This document shows positions 41,028 through 49,674 of a DNA stretch of 64,000 bases, one piece after another. Numbering within the stretch: position 1 is the stretch's first letter; every line of letters starts with the position of its first letter. Under the pieces are notes generated by a model. It saw nothing but the letters and a program-made list of their open reading frames with translations. It ran no database searches and had not been told where the DNA came from. The position numbers were made by a program, and so were the translations under genes. The stretch is from an uncultured Acidobacteriaceae bacterium (GTDB taxonomy: Bacteria > Acidobacteriota > Terriglobia > Terriglobales > Acidobacteriaceae): positions 169 to 64,168 of the forward strand of contig CAVYOX010000005.1 in assembly GCA_963770245.1 (NCBI GenBank). Reading direction: 5' to 3'.

Positions 41028-41173
41028 CTCTTTCCGCGCCCGCTGCCCGCCGACCATCTGACCGAGTACCGTATGTGTTTCGATTTTCCGCTCGAGAGTG
41101 TAGGAGGAGAACCACACGTCTCTCGAGCAGCCTGCCCGCCCTATACTGGACCGATCCCGAACCGGAGGATGCG

Positions 41174-41576
41174 ATGACCAAAGCCATCAACAGTCCGTAG
41201 AATTCGCGGTTTCTCCCGACACTCTGTTCGAGATGTCCATGGATTCCGACCGGCACACGCAGGCCACCGCGCAGCCCGCGAAGCTGGGCCGGAAAGCCGG
41301 CTGGGGGTTACCGCATTCGGCGGCATGCTCGTGGGCAAAAACCTTCTCATCGTGCCGAACAAAATAATCGTGCAATCCTGGCGTTCCTCGGCATGGAAGA
41401 AGACAGATTGCGACTCTATCCTGATTCTGAGGTTCCGCACGACCGCCGCCGGCGCACAGCTGGATCTGGTGCAGGTGAAGGTCCCTGTGCACGGCCACAA
41501 GGGGATCACCGAGGGCTGGAAGAAGTATTACTGGGACCCGTGGCAGGCGTATCTGACAAAACCACCGGGGCGATGA
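41174..41576 (+). pseudogene. SRPBCC/AHSA1-family protein, two frameshifts (about 41190 and about 41305)
   Basis: It reads across three frames. These are MTKAINS..., VEFAVSPDTLFEMSMDSDRHTQATAQPAKLGRKAGWG and TAFGGMLVGKNLLIVPNKIIVQSWRSSAWKKTDCDSILILRF...WKKYYWDPWQAYL. RBS ggagga upstream of the ATG at 41174. Confidence 0.6.
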
Positions 41577-41692
41577 TCCGAGGCAGAATCACGGGAGGCG
41601 CAAGGCCTTCCGGGGGACGCAATACGACGGTCAGGCAGTTATGAAATACTACCCGGTTGGCGCCGTCGCCCTAACTTTCGAGGAGGAATCCA

Positions 41693-42187
41693 ATGGCTGA
41701 GCCGAAATCTGTTGACAATGAAAGAGAACTTTCCCGCGATCGTCTGGCGGAACTGTTGAACGAAGACCTTTCCCGCGAATACCAAGCCATCATTGCCTAC
41801 GTCGTGTACTCCCAGGTGCTCAAGGGCGCTCAGTTCATGAACATCGCCGATCAATTGGCGCTTCATGCCAAACAGGAGCTGGACCACGCCTTGATTGTCT
41901 CTCGGCAGATCGACTATCTGGGCAAAATGCCCACGGTGACTCCGCAGCCGGTTCGCACATCGGACGACGCGAAAAAGATGCTTCGCTTCGATCTGGAGAA
42001 CGAAAACGCAACCATCCGCAATTACCGCGAACGGGTCCGGCAGTGTGAGGCTCTGGGAGAATTTGCCATGGCGGAACAGATCCGTCAGATCCTGGTGCAG
42101 GAGCAGGATCATCAGATTGATCTGGCCACCGCCCTCGGGGAAGAGGTCCCGGATCTCGGCCGCAAGGCTCGCAAGGCGAAGCGCTGA
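41693..42187 (+). CDS. ferritin-like di-iron protein (bacterioferritin-like)
   Basis: Ligand pattern E...ExxH...E...ExxH (REYQAI, KQELDHAL, ENENATI, QEQDHQI). Confidence 0.7.
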   Translation: MAEPKSVDNERELSRDRLAELLNEDLSREYQAIIAYVVYSQVLKGAQFMNIADQLALHAKQELDHALIVSRQIDYLGKMPTVTPQPVRTSDDAKKMLRFDLENENATIRNYRERVRQCEALGEFAMAEQIRQILVQEQDHQIDLATALGEEVPDLGRKARKAKR

Positions 42188-42253
42188 GAGTTGGAGCGGC
42201 CGGAGTGGGTGCCGATGACCCGGTAGGTTTTCGGCAGTGGCGTCACGATTGCC

Positions 42254-42269
42254 TGTGATTTCGATCACT
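42254..42269. promoter_or_regulatory. CRP/FNR-family type palindrome TGTGATTTCGATCACT
   Basis: Matches TGTGAT-N4-ATCAC(A) at 11 of 12 positions. Centred about 84 nt upstream of the radical SAM ATG at 42345. Confidence 0.4.
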
Positions 42270-42344
42270 GTGATTCTCAGTTGGAATCCGTAGGCTCAGT
42301 CTGGTTCCAGTTTGAGTACCGCGGTCCTGGAGCAGGAAGATACG

Positions 42345-43463
42345 ATGTCGGTCTCGCAGGCAACCAGCATGGGCCGGGTCGCCCATGATTTCTCCAAGCA
42401 TCCAATGCTCGTGTATTGGGAGATGACCCAGGCTTGCGGCTTAGCCTGCAGGCACTGCCGGGCTGAGGCCATGGCCAAACCTCATCCTTTGGAATTGACC
42501 ACGGCGGAAAGCCGGTTCTTGCTGCAGCAGATTGCGGAGTTCGGCGCCCCGCTGCCTCACTTGATCCTTACCGGGGGCGATCCTCTCAGCCGCCAAGACA
42601 TCTATCCGCTCCTTGACTTTGCTTGCGGGCTTGGCCTGGAGGTTTCCATTACTCCTAGCGCGACTCCCGCACTGACTGACGACGCGATTGCCCGGCTGCA
42701 GCAGCATGGCATTCTAAGCCTGGGTCTCAGCCTGGACGGCTCATCGGCCGAAAAACATGATGCGATTCGCGCGATTCCCGGCACCTTCGACCGCACCGTC
42801 GCGGCCGCCCGACACGCCGGACGCCTGGGCCTTCCCATTCAGGTCAATACGCTGGTTGCAGAAGAAACCGCCGCCGATCTGCCTGCCATCTACGAACTGC
42901 TGCGAGGCGGTTTCCCGGTCATGCGCTGGAGTTTGTTTTTCCTGATCTCGGTGGGCAGAGGCAAAGCTCTGAATGAGGTTTCGCCAGAGGAAGGCGAACG
43001 CATCATGAACTGGGTACTTGAGCTGCTACCGCAGGCGCCCTTTGCCGTCAAAACCACGGAAGCCCCGTCGTATCGCCGGCTCGCCATCAGCCAAATGCGC
43101 GCTGTCGGTACTTCATACGCGGATATGAAACAGACCGCGGTCTACAAAGGCTTCCAGATTCGCGACGGGCACGGCATTGTGTTTGTCTCCAACCAGGGAG
43201 AAATCTATCCTTCCGGTTTCTTGCCCCTGCAGTGCGGCAACGTGCGCACGAGTTCATTAGTGGACGTGTACCGCAATTCCGAAACCTTCCGCGCCCTACA
43301 CTCCCCCGGTCAGTTTCACGGCAAATGCGGCGTGTGCGAGTATAGCCACATCTGTGGTGGGTCGCGCGCCCGCGCTTTCGCTTATAGCGGAGACGTCCTC
43401 GGGACAGACCCCTTCTGCCCTTACGAGCCGTGCACGGGGAGTTCCCCGGGAACTAGGCCGTAG
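42345..43463 (+). CDS. radical SAM/SPASM domain protein
   Basis: CGLACRHC (CxxxCxxC) within YWEMTQACGLACRHCRAEA. C-terminal Cys cluster GKCGVCEYSHICGGSRARAF...DPFCPY. Confidence 0.85.
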   Translation: MSVSQATSMGRVAHDFSKHPMLVYWEMTQACGLACRHCRAEAMAKPHPLELTTAESRFLLQQIAEFGAPLPHLILTGGDPLSRQDIYPLLDFACGLGLEVSITPSATPALTDDAIARLQQHGILSLGLSLDGSSAEKHDAIRAIPGTFDRTVAAARHAGRLGLPIQVNTLVAEETAADLPAIYELLRGGFPVMRWSLFFLISVGRGKALNEVSPEEGERIMNWVLELLPQAPFAVKTTEAPSYRRLAISQMRAVGTSYADMKQTAVYKGFQIRDGHGIVFVSNQGEIYPSGFLPLQCGNVRTSSLVDVYRNSETFRALHSPGQFHGKCGVCEYSHICGGSRARAFAYSGDVLGTDPFCPYEPCTGSSPGTRP

Positions 43464-43581
43464 CCAAAGATTGCGGGAAGTGCCGGGGACCGATTTCCGG
43501 GCGGAGATCACAAGATATTCAGTTGCGGGCACGGGCGCTTAAGGCCCACTTTTCCAGCGATTGGAATCTGCCGCTGCTGAT

Positions 43582-44895
43582 TCAGCGGCCGGAGCCGCCT
43601 TCGGCAATCTGCAAATCGAGGGAGACGCGTTCGCCGTTAATCAGCACGGTTCCTTGGTCAACCAACTGCTGGCCGGTGCATTCGTAGTTTGCATAGCAAC
43701 GCAATGCGGAAAACGGAAAGAAGAACTCGACTGCTTCGGAGTTGGCGCTTGCCGCCGCAGTTTTGCCGGCTACGTGAACCGTCGTGCTGAAACCCACACC
43801 GTCGAAGTTCTGCTCCGCTTTTAAGTATTCGAGCGTCGGACGCACCAGATGGGCGATATGCTCATCGAAGGCCAGCGCCGCCAATTTATAACGCGAACCG
43901 TTGGCGGATTGTGGAAGCGAAGAGTTGATGGAAAGCTCCAAGTAGATCGCTTGACGAAACCCGACGAAACTCGGGGGTGCATAGCCGACGAAGTGGGCTT
44001 GTGGGTCCATGCCCTTCATCATCTGGGCGATGATTTCCTGGTCGGAGGTTTCTAGAGAAGCCAGCGCTTGCGGCGAGGTGTCGCGCGGGGGAGGCAGCGG
44101 AACAGCGGTTCCTTGCTGTCTTGGGGCCACCGAGGGCGCGGGCTGAGGCGCACCACCGGGAACGACCGCAGAATCTGCTTGAGGAACCTCTTCCCCATTC
44201 TCCGCGAAGGTCCTTCCCTTTCTTTGCGAGACCTCGCTTGCTGAGCCATCGACTGCCAACCGCCGCCCTTCGTTGGTCAACCAGATGGAAACGGGCTGGG
44301 CGTTCAAGAAAGCCTTCCCCTCAAGCAACGCGGCTTGCTGCACGGTCTCGTTCTTGGAGCCAATCAGTCTTATGGCGGCCTGCTGCGGCAGGAAGACCAT
44401 CAGGTTCTCCGCCCGCTCCATGTCGACGCCCATCACTTTGCCCATGATGTGGTGGGAGACTTCGATCGCGTAGCCTTGAATCTCGCGGTTCGACTGAAAG
44501 CGCGGGACCGCGCCTTTCAGAATGGGCATAACTACGGCGAGAAATGTGGCGCGGGCGCGCTGCTCCTCGCTCATCTTCTGATTCGAGTACGCGGCGTAGT
44601 AGTTTCCTGTAATCGCCAGTACGGTTTGGTCGTTGTAGCTGTCGAAGCGGATGGAGTGTTGGTCTGCGCGCTGCTGTTCCGCCTGATCCAGGTCGAGTTT
44701 GCGGCTGAGATAGAACGGATAGTCGAAGTGACTGGCGAGAATGTCGCGCCCCGCGGATTGCAACTCGTCCATGTACTGCTGCTGCAGGGATCTGAGCTCT
44801 GGATCTTTGATTTCCCACGGACTTTCAACTTGGGCAAGGCATGTGCCGCAAGCCAACAAAAAGAAAGCGAGCCGGAGCGATTTATTTCTGGACAT
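43582..44895 (-). CDS. periplasmic hypothetical protein, last gene of the Rieske/b operon
   Basis: Signal peptide MSRNKSLRLAFFLLACGTCLAQ. Two globular halves joined by a Pro-rich linker. Its start overlaps the upstream gene by 14 nt. Confidence 0.55.
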   Translation of the reverse strand: MSRNKSLRLAFFLLACGTCLAQVESPWEIKDPELRSLQQQYMDELQSAGRDILASHFDYPFYLSRKLDLDQAEQQRADQHSIRFDSYNDQTVLAITGNYYAAYSNQKMSEEQRARATFLAVVMPILKGAVPRFQSNREIQGYAIEVSHHIMGKVMGVDMERAENLMVFLPQQAAIRLIGSKNETVQQAALLEGKAFLNAQPVSIWLTNEGRRLAVDGSASEVSQRKGRTFAENGEEVPQADSAVVPGGAPQPAPSVAPRQQGTAVPLPPPRDTSPQALASLETSDQEIIAQMMKGMDPQAHFVGYAPPSFVGFRQAIYLELSINSSLPQSANGSRYKLAALAFDEHIAHLVRPTLEYLKAEQNFDGVGFSTTVHVAGKTAAASANSEAVEFFFPFSALRCYANYECTGQQLVDQGTVLINGERVSLDLQIAEGGSGR

Positions 44896-45622
44896 ACGTC
44901 ATTCCGGGACCAGGATACGGTGGATCCGAGATCAGTCGGATGTAGGCAATCAGAGCCTGCGTCTCTGTCTTGCTGAGAGTATATCCGTAGGGTGGCATCA
45001 GTGCGGACTTGTTCAAGGACGCGCCGCCGTGGTTGATGACGGCGGTCAGGTCGTTGTCGGTCATCTTATTGAGCGTGTCCCCGTCTGTGAAAGCGTGCGG
45101 CTTGACCTCCAGATTATCGTAATTGGAAACGCGCTCGGGCGTAGATTCCGGGTTATGGCAGCGGACGCAGTACTTTGCGTCGAGCTGTTCGCCCACTTGT
45201 GCTTGATAGCCGAGCGCAATCTCCTCCAGGGTGAGTTCCACTTTTTTCTGTGCCTTGGTCAGGGAGCCGGCCGTGATCTGGTAGCGCCCCGCCATTCCGC
45301 CTAGCCCCACGTTAGTACTGACCTGTCCGCTGGAGTCGGCGAGGCCGCTCGGTGGGTCAAAGCTAACGCCTGGGGGCCCGCTGAATTCCACCAACGCTCC
45401 CGGGACCGCGTTGCCCTGCTCGTCGTTGACCTGGACGACCACGGGCTGGCTGAGCACCGCCCCGGTGGCGCCGATTTGTTTGTTGCCGCTTGATTCAACC
45501 AGAGCCGTGCCGAAAGCGGTCGGTTTTAGATCTGATGGCGAAGCGGATTTCCTGGCGCACCCGGCACTGCCGATGACAACGGCGAGTCCAAATGCCACCG
45601 GAGCCAGCGAACATCTGGTCAT
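44882..45622 (-). CDS. lipoprotein with an Ig-like (Big_1-type) domain and a monohaem cytochrome c domain
   Basis: Lipobox VIGSAGC. LSQPVVVQVNDEQGNAVPGALVEF is invasin/Big-like. CVRCH with a downstream MPPYG Met ligand. Confidence 0.7.
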   Translation of the reverse strand: MTRCSLAPVAFGLAVVIGSAGCARKSASPSDLKPTAFGTALVESSGNKQIGATGAVLSQPVVVQVNDEQGNAVPGALVEFSGPPGVSFDPPSGLADSSGQVSTNVGLGGMAGRYQITAGSLTKAQKKVELTLEEIALGYQAQVGEQLDAKYCVRCHNPESTPERVSNYDNLEVKPHAFTDGDTLNKMTDNDLTAVINHGGASLNKSALMPPYGYTLSKTETQALIAYIRLISDPPYPGPGMTYVQK

Positions 45623-47679
45623 TTCTTCGCCTCCTGCTGGCCGGAGTTTCGTTGCGCCATCAGGAAAGCGGTCAGCGCGCGGGCATCTTCGTCGCTGATA
45701 TTGAAGTTCGGCTCAATGGTTCCCGGCCGGAGAGCTTGCGGGTTCTTCAGCCAGTTATAGATCCAAGCGGCGTTCAGGCGCGAACCCACTTGTGTGAGTG
45801 TCGGCCCAATATAACCCTTGTCGGCCGTCGAATCGACGATGTGGCAAGACTGGCACGCATACTTGGCGTAGAAGAGCTGTTTGCCCTGTTCGACTTGGGC
45901 CGTTGGATAGCCGCTGGCCGGCATGGAGTCGCGGTCGATGGCAGGGGTTTGATAAACCGTCATGATGTAGTCGGTCAGCTCGGTGATGTCGCTGTCGGAG
46001 AGGTTGAACTTGGGCATGCGGCGAATCAGCGACGGCCGCAGCGTGTTGGGATTCTTCAGGAACGCCTGGAGCCATGGCCGCTGCACCGAGCTGCCTTCCC
46101 AACTGAGATCTGGGGCCATGTCACCGCCGCGACCGTTGATGGTGTGGCAACTGAAGCAGGCCAGATCTGCCATGAGCTTTCCGGCTTTGCCTGCGGGCTG
46201 GTAGTCGGAGGTCCGCGGCGCCGGCACGGCCAAGGCGCGCGGCAGGTTCTGGCTTCGATCCGTCAGCGCGAGCAGCGCCGTCGTTAGAGCGTCGATTTGC
46301 GCAGGCGCGAAGCTGAACTGCGGCATCTTCAGTGCCGTCCCGAACGACCGCGGCTGGCGGATCTTGGCGGAAATGTAGTCCGGCAAGGTGTGCGGCATTC
46401 CCGTCAGGAAGATCAGTTGCGTAATCGGCTTGCTGCCGATTCGGGTAAGCTCCGGGGCGAAATTCTCCGGCTTCTTAATCCCGCTGATTTCGTGGCAGGC
46501 GGCACAGCCATACTCTGTAGCCAGAGTCTTGCCATGCGCAATTTGTTCGGGCGTGGCCGCATCCAAATGCACGTTGGCCAACAGATCGGAATCGGTCTTG
46601 CCTTCGAGGTACCGGCTCAGCGATGACAACTGCTGTTCGCTGAAGCGGTAATGCGGCATCGCGGTTTCGGGGTCATAGGTACGGGGATTGCGCAGCCATG
46701 CCTGCAGCCATTCCGGTTTCACTTTGCTGCCCACACGCGTCAGCTCGGGGCCGACATCTCCGCCTACCACATTGCCCGCCGCATTCTGCACCGCGTGACA
46801 GGAGGCGCAGAACGACTCGCCGTATAAACTGGCGGCCGCAGTGGGATCAGGCGGAGCTTTCGACGCCGACGCCGGCAACGTCGCGGTATCTTCCGGCAGA
46901 GGTGTGCTGTTCGCGATCAAGAAAGCGGAAATGTCGCGGGCATCCGGATCGCTCAGCTTGAAATTCGGCATGATGGCAGAAGCGGCATAGGCCTGAGGGT
47001 CCTTCAGCCAGGCATAAATCCATTCCCGCGTGGTCTTGTCGGCGATGTGAGAAAGCGAAGGCGGGTCGTCAGTCGCTTGCATGGTGCCGCCATCGGGCAG
47101 CTTGACCGTGTGACAGCTGACGCAACCATAACGCGCTAACAGAGTCCGCCCCCAGTTGAGCTGGGGCGTACCAGGAACCGCAGCACGGTGGCATTGTCCA
47201 CAAGAAGCTTCCACGTAGCGTGCGGGCAAAATGGGCTGCTCCCACGCCAAAGTGCTGCGATGGGCTTCGGCAACGGTTGTGGCGGCGCCTTGTCCGCGAT
47301 GGCACACTACACAGCCGAATTCATCCAGCTTGTGGGGGATCACAGGATGTCGGCGGAACGGTTGCATACTCACGTCAGCCAGGCTGGCTTCCTTCAATCC
47401 GACGTGACAGGTGGTGCAGCGGTCTACCACACCGAGATCGGGAAGCCAGATTTGCTGAATTCCGCCCTGCAAATGGCGCTGCAGGGTAAGCGCGTCGCCG
47501 CGCCCCCGGATCAAACTCAGGTATTGATCTTGATAATGGCGCCACTCGCTAAAATAGTTCTTGGCCGGAGCAATGGCCAGCGAAAGGAGCAAGAGCAGAC
47601 TGACCACACCAAAGGCACGGACGGGGTCGCCGAACAATGTCCGCCACCCCACGAAAAGCGGGTTCTTCGACGAGTCCAC
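45619..47679 (-). CDS. membrane-anchored octahaem cytochrome c
   Basis: Eight CxxCH motifs: CTTCH, CVVCH, CGQCH, CVSCH, CASCH, CAACH, CFSCH and CQSCH. The last five sit in repeated class-I-like modules (...WL.NP......MP.F.LS...). N-terminal TM helix. GTG start abuts the upstream stop. Confidence 0.85.
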   Translation of the reverse strand: MDSSKNPLFVGWRTLFGDPVRAFGVVSLLLLLSLAIAPAKNYFSEWRHYQDQYLSLIRGRGDALTLQRHLQGGIQQIWLPDLGVVDRCTTCHVGLKEASLADVSMQPFRRHPVIPHKLDEFGCVVCHRGQGAATTVAEAHRSTLAWEQPILPARYVEASCGQCHRAAVPGTPQLNWGRTLLARYGCVSCHTVKLPDGGTMQATDDPPSLSHIADKTTREWIYAWLKDPQAYAASAIMPNFKLSDPDARDISAFLIANSTPLPEDTATLPASASKAPPDPTAAASLYGESFCASCHAVQNAAGNVVGGDVGPELTRVGSKVKPEWLQAWLRNPRTYDPETAMPHYRFSEQQLSSLSRYLEGKTDSDLLANVHLDAATPEQIAHGKTLATEYGCAACHEISGIKKPENFAPELTRIGSKPITQLIFLTGMPHTLPDYISAKIRQPRSFGTALKMPQFSFAPAQIDALTTALLALTDRSQNLPRALAVPAPRTSDYQPAGKAGKLMADLACFSCHTINGRGGDMAPDLSWEGSSVQRPWLQAFLKNPNTLRPSLIRRMPKFNLSDSDITELTDYIMTVYQTPAIDRDSMPASGYPTAQVEQGKQLFYAKYACQSCHIVDSTADKGYIGPTLTQVGSRLNAAWIYNWLKNPQALRPGTIEPNFNISDEDARALTAFLMAQRNSGQQEAKK

Positions 47680-48384
47680 CTAACTCCCCCAAGGCCAAAC
47701 CCAGGACCAGCCTGGGCCACGAAAGAATGTACCAACCGCGGTGAGTACCACCAGCTCGAACAAGAACCACGTCATCACCCAATAGGAAAGCGGCTTGGCT
47801 GCGACATACCGCTGGAAAGCCGAGGGCGACTGCAGCGAACTCTGGCCGGCCATGAACATGAATCCGGTCATGATCAGAGTCGGAGCGAGAGCCACGTAGA
47901 CGTGAAAAAGCAGTAGGAACAAACCGAGCCCCAGCGCGACCCCGTAGAAGATCCGCAGTCGGAACTTGCGATGCTGCAGGAATAAGCCTTCGGCCTCGAT
48001 GTTGATGTTGAAATAGGGGATGACGACCAAAGCGATGACCACCAGGGTAGGAACCAGCACGCCGGCAACCACCGGCGGGAAGTAGTGCAGCATCTCCTGC
48101 AGCCCCAGAAAATACCAGGGCGCTTTGGCGGGATTGGGAGTGTGGGAGGGATCGGCGATACCTTCGAGCGGCGCATTGAACAAAAGAGCAATCACGGCCA
48201 ACACAATCGCCAGCACCTCAATCGCAACCGCCGCCCGGAACAGAACTTCCGGATAAGTCTGGAGCTGCGTCTCGTCCGCGGTTCTTACTTGGGCGGAGGT
48301 GCGTCGGGTGACAAAAGCCACACGCACGGGCGACTTGCGCGCGTCGGAGTCCATGCCGGCGGAAAAATCCTTGGGGTCGCTCAT
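47680..48384 (-). CDS. cytochrome b C-terminal part (subunit IV/PetD-like)
   Basis: [21 protein letters not shown] (PEWYF-type motif). ATGA overlap with the cytochrome b6 gene. Confidence 0.8.
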   Translation of the reverse strand: MSDPKDFSAGMDSDARKSPVRVAFVTRRTSAQVRTADETQLQTYPEVLFRAAVAIEVLAIVLAVIALLFNAPLEGIADPSHTPNPAKAPWYFLGLQEMLHYFPPVVAGVLVPTLVVIALVVIPYFNINIEAEGLFLQHRKFRLRIFYGVALGLGLFLLLFHVYVALAPTLIMTGFMFMAGQSSLQSPSAFQRYVAAKPLSYWVMTWFLFELVVLTAVGTFFRGPGWSWVWPWGS

Positions 48385-49178
48385 TGCGGATCCTTGGTCG
48401 AGGCTGCTGGAGCAGGCACCGCCATGGCCCCGATCGTCTTGGGCTCGGTCGGGTGGGAGTAAAGCCCACCATCTTTACGAATTCGCCAGAAATGCACCGC
48501 GATCAACAAGGTCGCTGCCAGCGGCAGGATTACGCAGTGCAGCACGTAAAAACGCAGGAGTGCGTTCGCATTCACCTGGTTGCCGCCCAACATCAGGAAG
48601 TGCACTCTGTTGCCGAAAACCGGCACGGCGGAGGCGATGTTCGAGCCGACGGTGATGGCCCAAAACGCCAGCTGATCCCAGGGCAGCAAATATCCCGTGT
48701 AGCTCAAAAGCAGGGTAATGAGCAGCAGAATAACGCCAATGACCCAATTGAATTCGCGGGGCGGGCGGTAGGCGCCGCGGTAAAACACTTTGAACATATG
48801 CGCGAACACCAGCAAGACCATGGCATGCGCTGACCAGCGATGAAGATTGCGCAGAAACAATCCTGAGGAAACGACGAACTGCAGATCTTTGGTATCCGCG
48901 TAGGCTTGCGGGACTGATGGATGGTAATACAGCATCAGCAGAATGCCGGTGATCAGCAGAATCAAGAAGGTCCCGAAGGTCAGCGTTCCCAAGTACCAGG
49001 TGGTGCTAAAGCTGACCATGCGCCTCCGCACCTTGGTCGAAAACAGGTGTAAGAAGATGTTCTGCTGGATCGCGAGGGCGCGATGCAGAGTGCTCGAACC
49101 CGTCCCGCTGCGAAAAACCGAACGCCACACGCGCGCGTTGCGCAATTCGTCGAAATAGTTGCCGATCGTCTTGGCCAT
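48381..49178 (-). CDS. cytochrome b6-type (split cytochrome b, N-terminal part)
   Basis: [18 protein letters not shown].... Haem-ligand His pairs lie in [18 protein letters not shown] and [22 protein letters not shown]. An alternative TTG start at 49184 overlaps the Rieske stop. Confidence 0.85.
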   Translation of the reverse strand: MAKTIGNYFDELRNARVWRSVFRSGTGSSTLHRALAIQQNIFLHLFSTKVRRRMVSFSTTWYLGTLTFGTFLILLITGILLMLYYHPSVPQAYADTKDLQFVVSSGLFLRNLHRWSAHAMVLLVFAHMFKVFYRGAYRPPREFNWVIGVILLLITLLLSYTGYLLPWDQLAFWAITVGSNIASAVPVFGNRVHFLMLGGNQVNANALLRFYVLHCVILPLAATLLIAVHFWRIRKDGGLYSHPTEPKTIGAMAVPAPAASTKDPQ

Positions 49179-49180
49179 GC

Positions 49181-49672
49181 TCAAACCCTCACAAACTGCA
49201 TGGGACGGATATCGGTCGAGCGGTCTACCATCAGATCGCCGTCCTCACTCACCCAGGTCCGCAGCCAGGGCAACGGTCTGGGTGCTGGGCCGGCGATCTT
49301 CTCTCCGTCGCGGTTGAACTTGCTCCCGTGGCAAGGGCAGGCAATGATGCCCAACTCGGGTTTCCATGCCGTCATGCAGCCGAGGTGGGTACAGATGGCG
49401 CTCAGCGCGAAAAAACCTTCCTTGGTACGGATCAGGTAAATCCCCGAGTTCACATCGAGGGTAACGGAATCCTCGGAATAGCCCTCCGGTTTGCCGGCGT
49501 TGACAATGGGGGAAGGCTCGTACAGCACATTGGGAGAGAGAAACTGATAGGCAAACACCGCCGTGCCGGTGGCGGCAATGCTCAACGACCCCAGTCCCAG
49601 CTTCACAAAGAAAGCACGTCGGTCGAATTCTTTGCCGGGGGCCGCGGGCTTGTCTTGTTTCTCCTCGGACAT
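49181..49672 (-). CDS. Rieske 2Fe-2S protein
   Basis: Tat-like RRAFFVKLG. Cluster boxes CTHLGC and CPCHGS. Confidence 0.9.
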   Translation of the reverse strand: MSEEKQDKPAAPGKEFDRRAFFVKLGLGSLSIAATGTAVFAYQFLSPNVLYEPSPIVNAGKPEGYSEDSVTLDVNSGIYLIRTKEGFFALSAICTHLGCMTAWKPELGIIACPCHGSKFNRDGEKIAGPAPRPLPWLRTWVSEDGDLMVDRSTDIRPMQFVRV

Positions 49673-49674
49673 GC

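Noticed and set aside
41028-41173. Imperfect inverted repeat ctcgagagtgt...acacgtctctcgag as a regulatory element upstream of the SRPBCC pseudogene
   Set aside because: The repeat is imperfect, the downstream gene is broken, and there is no second copy to support a motif.
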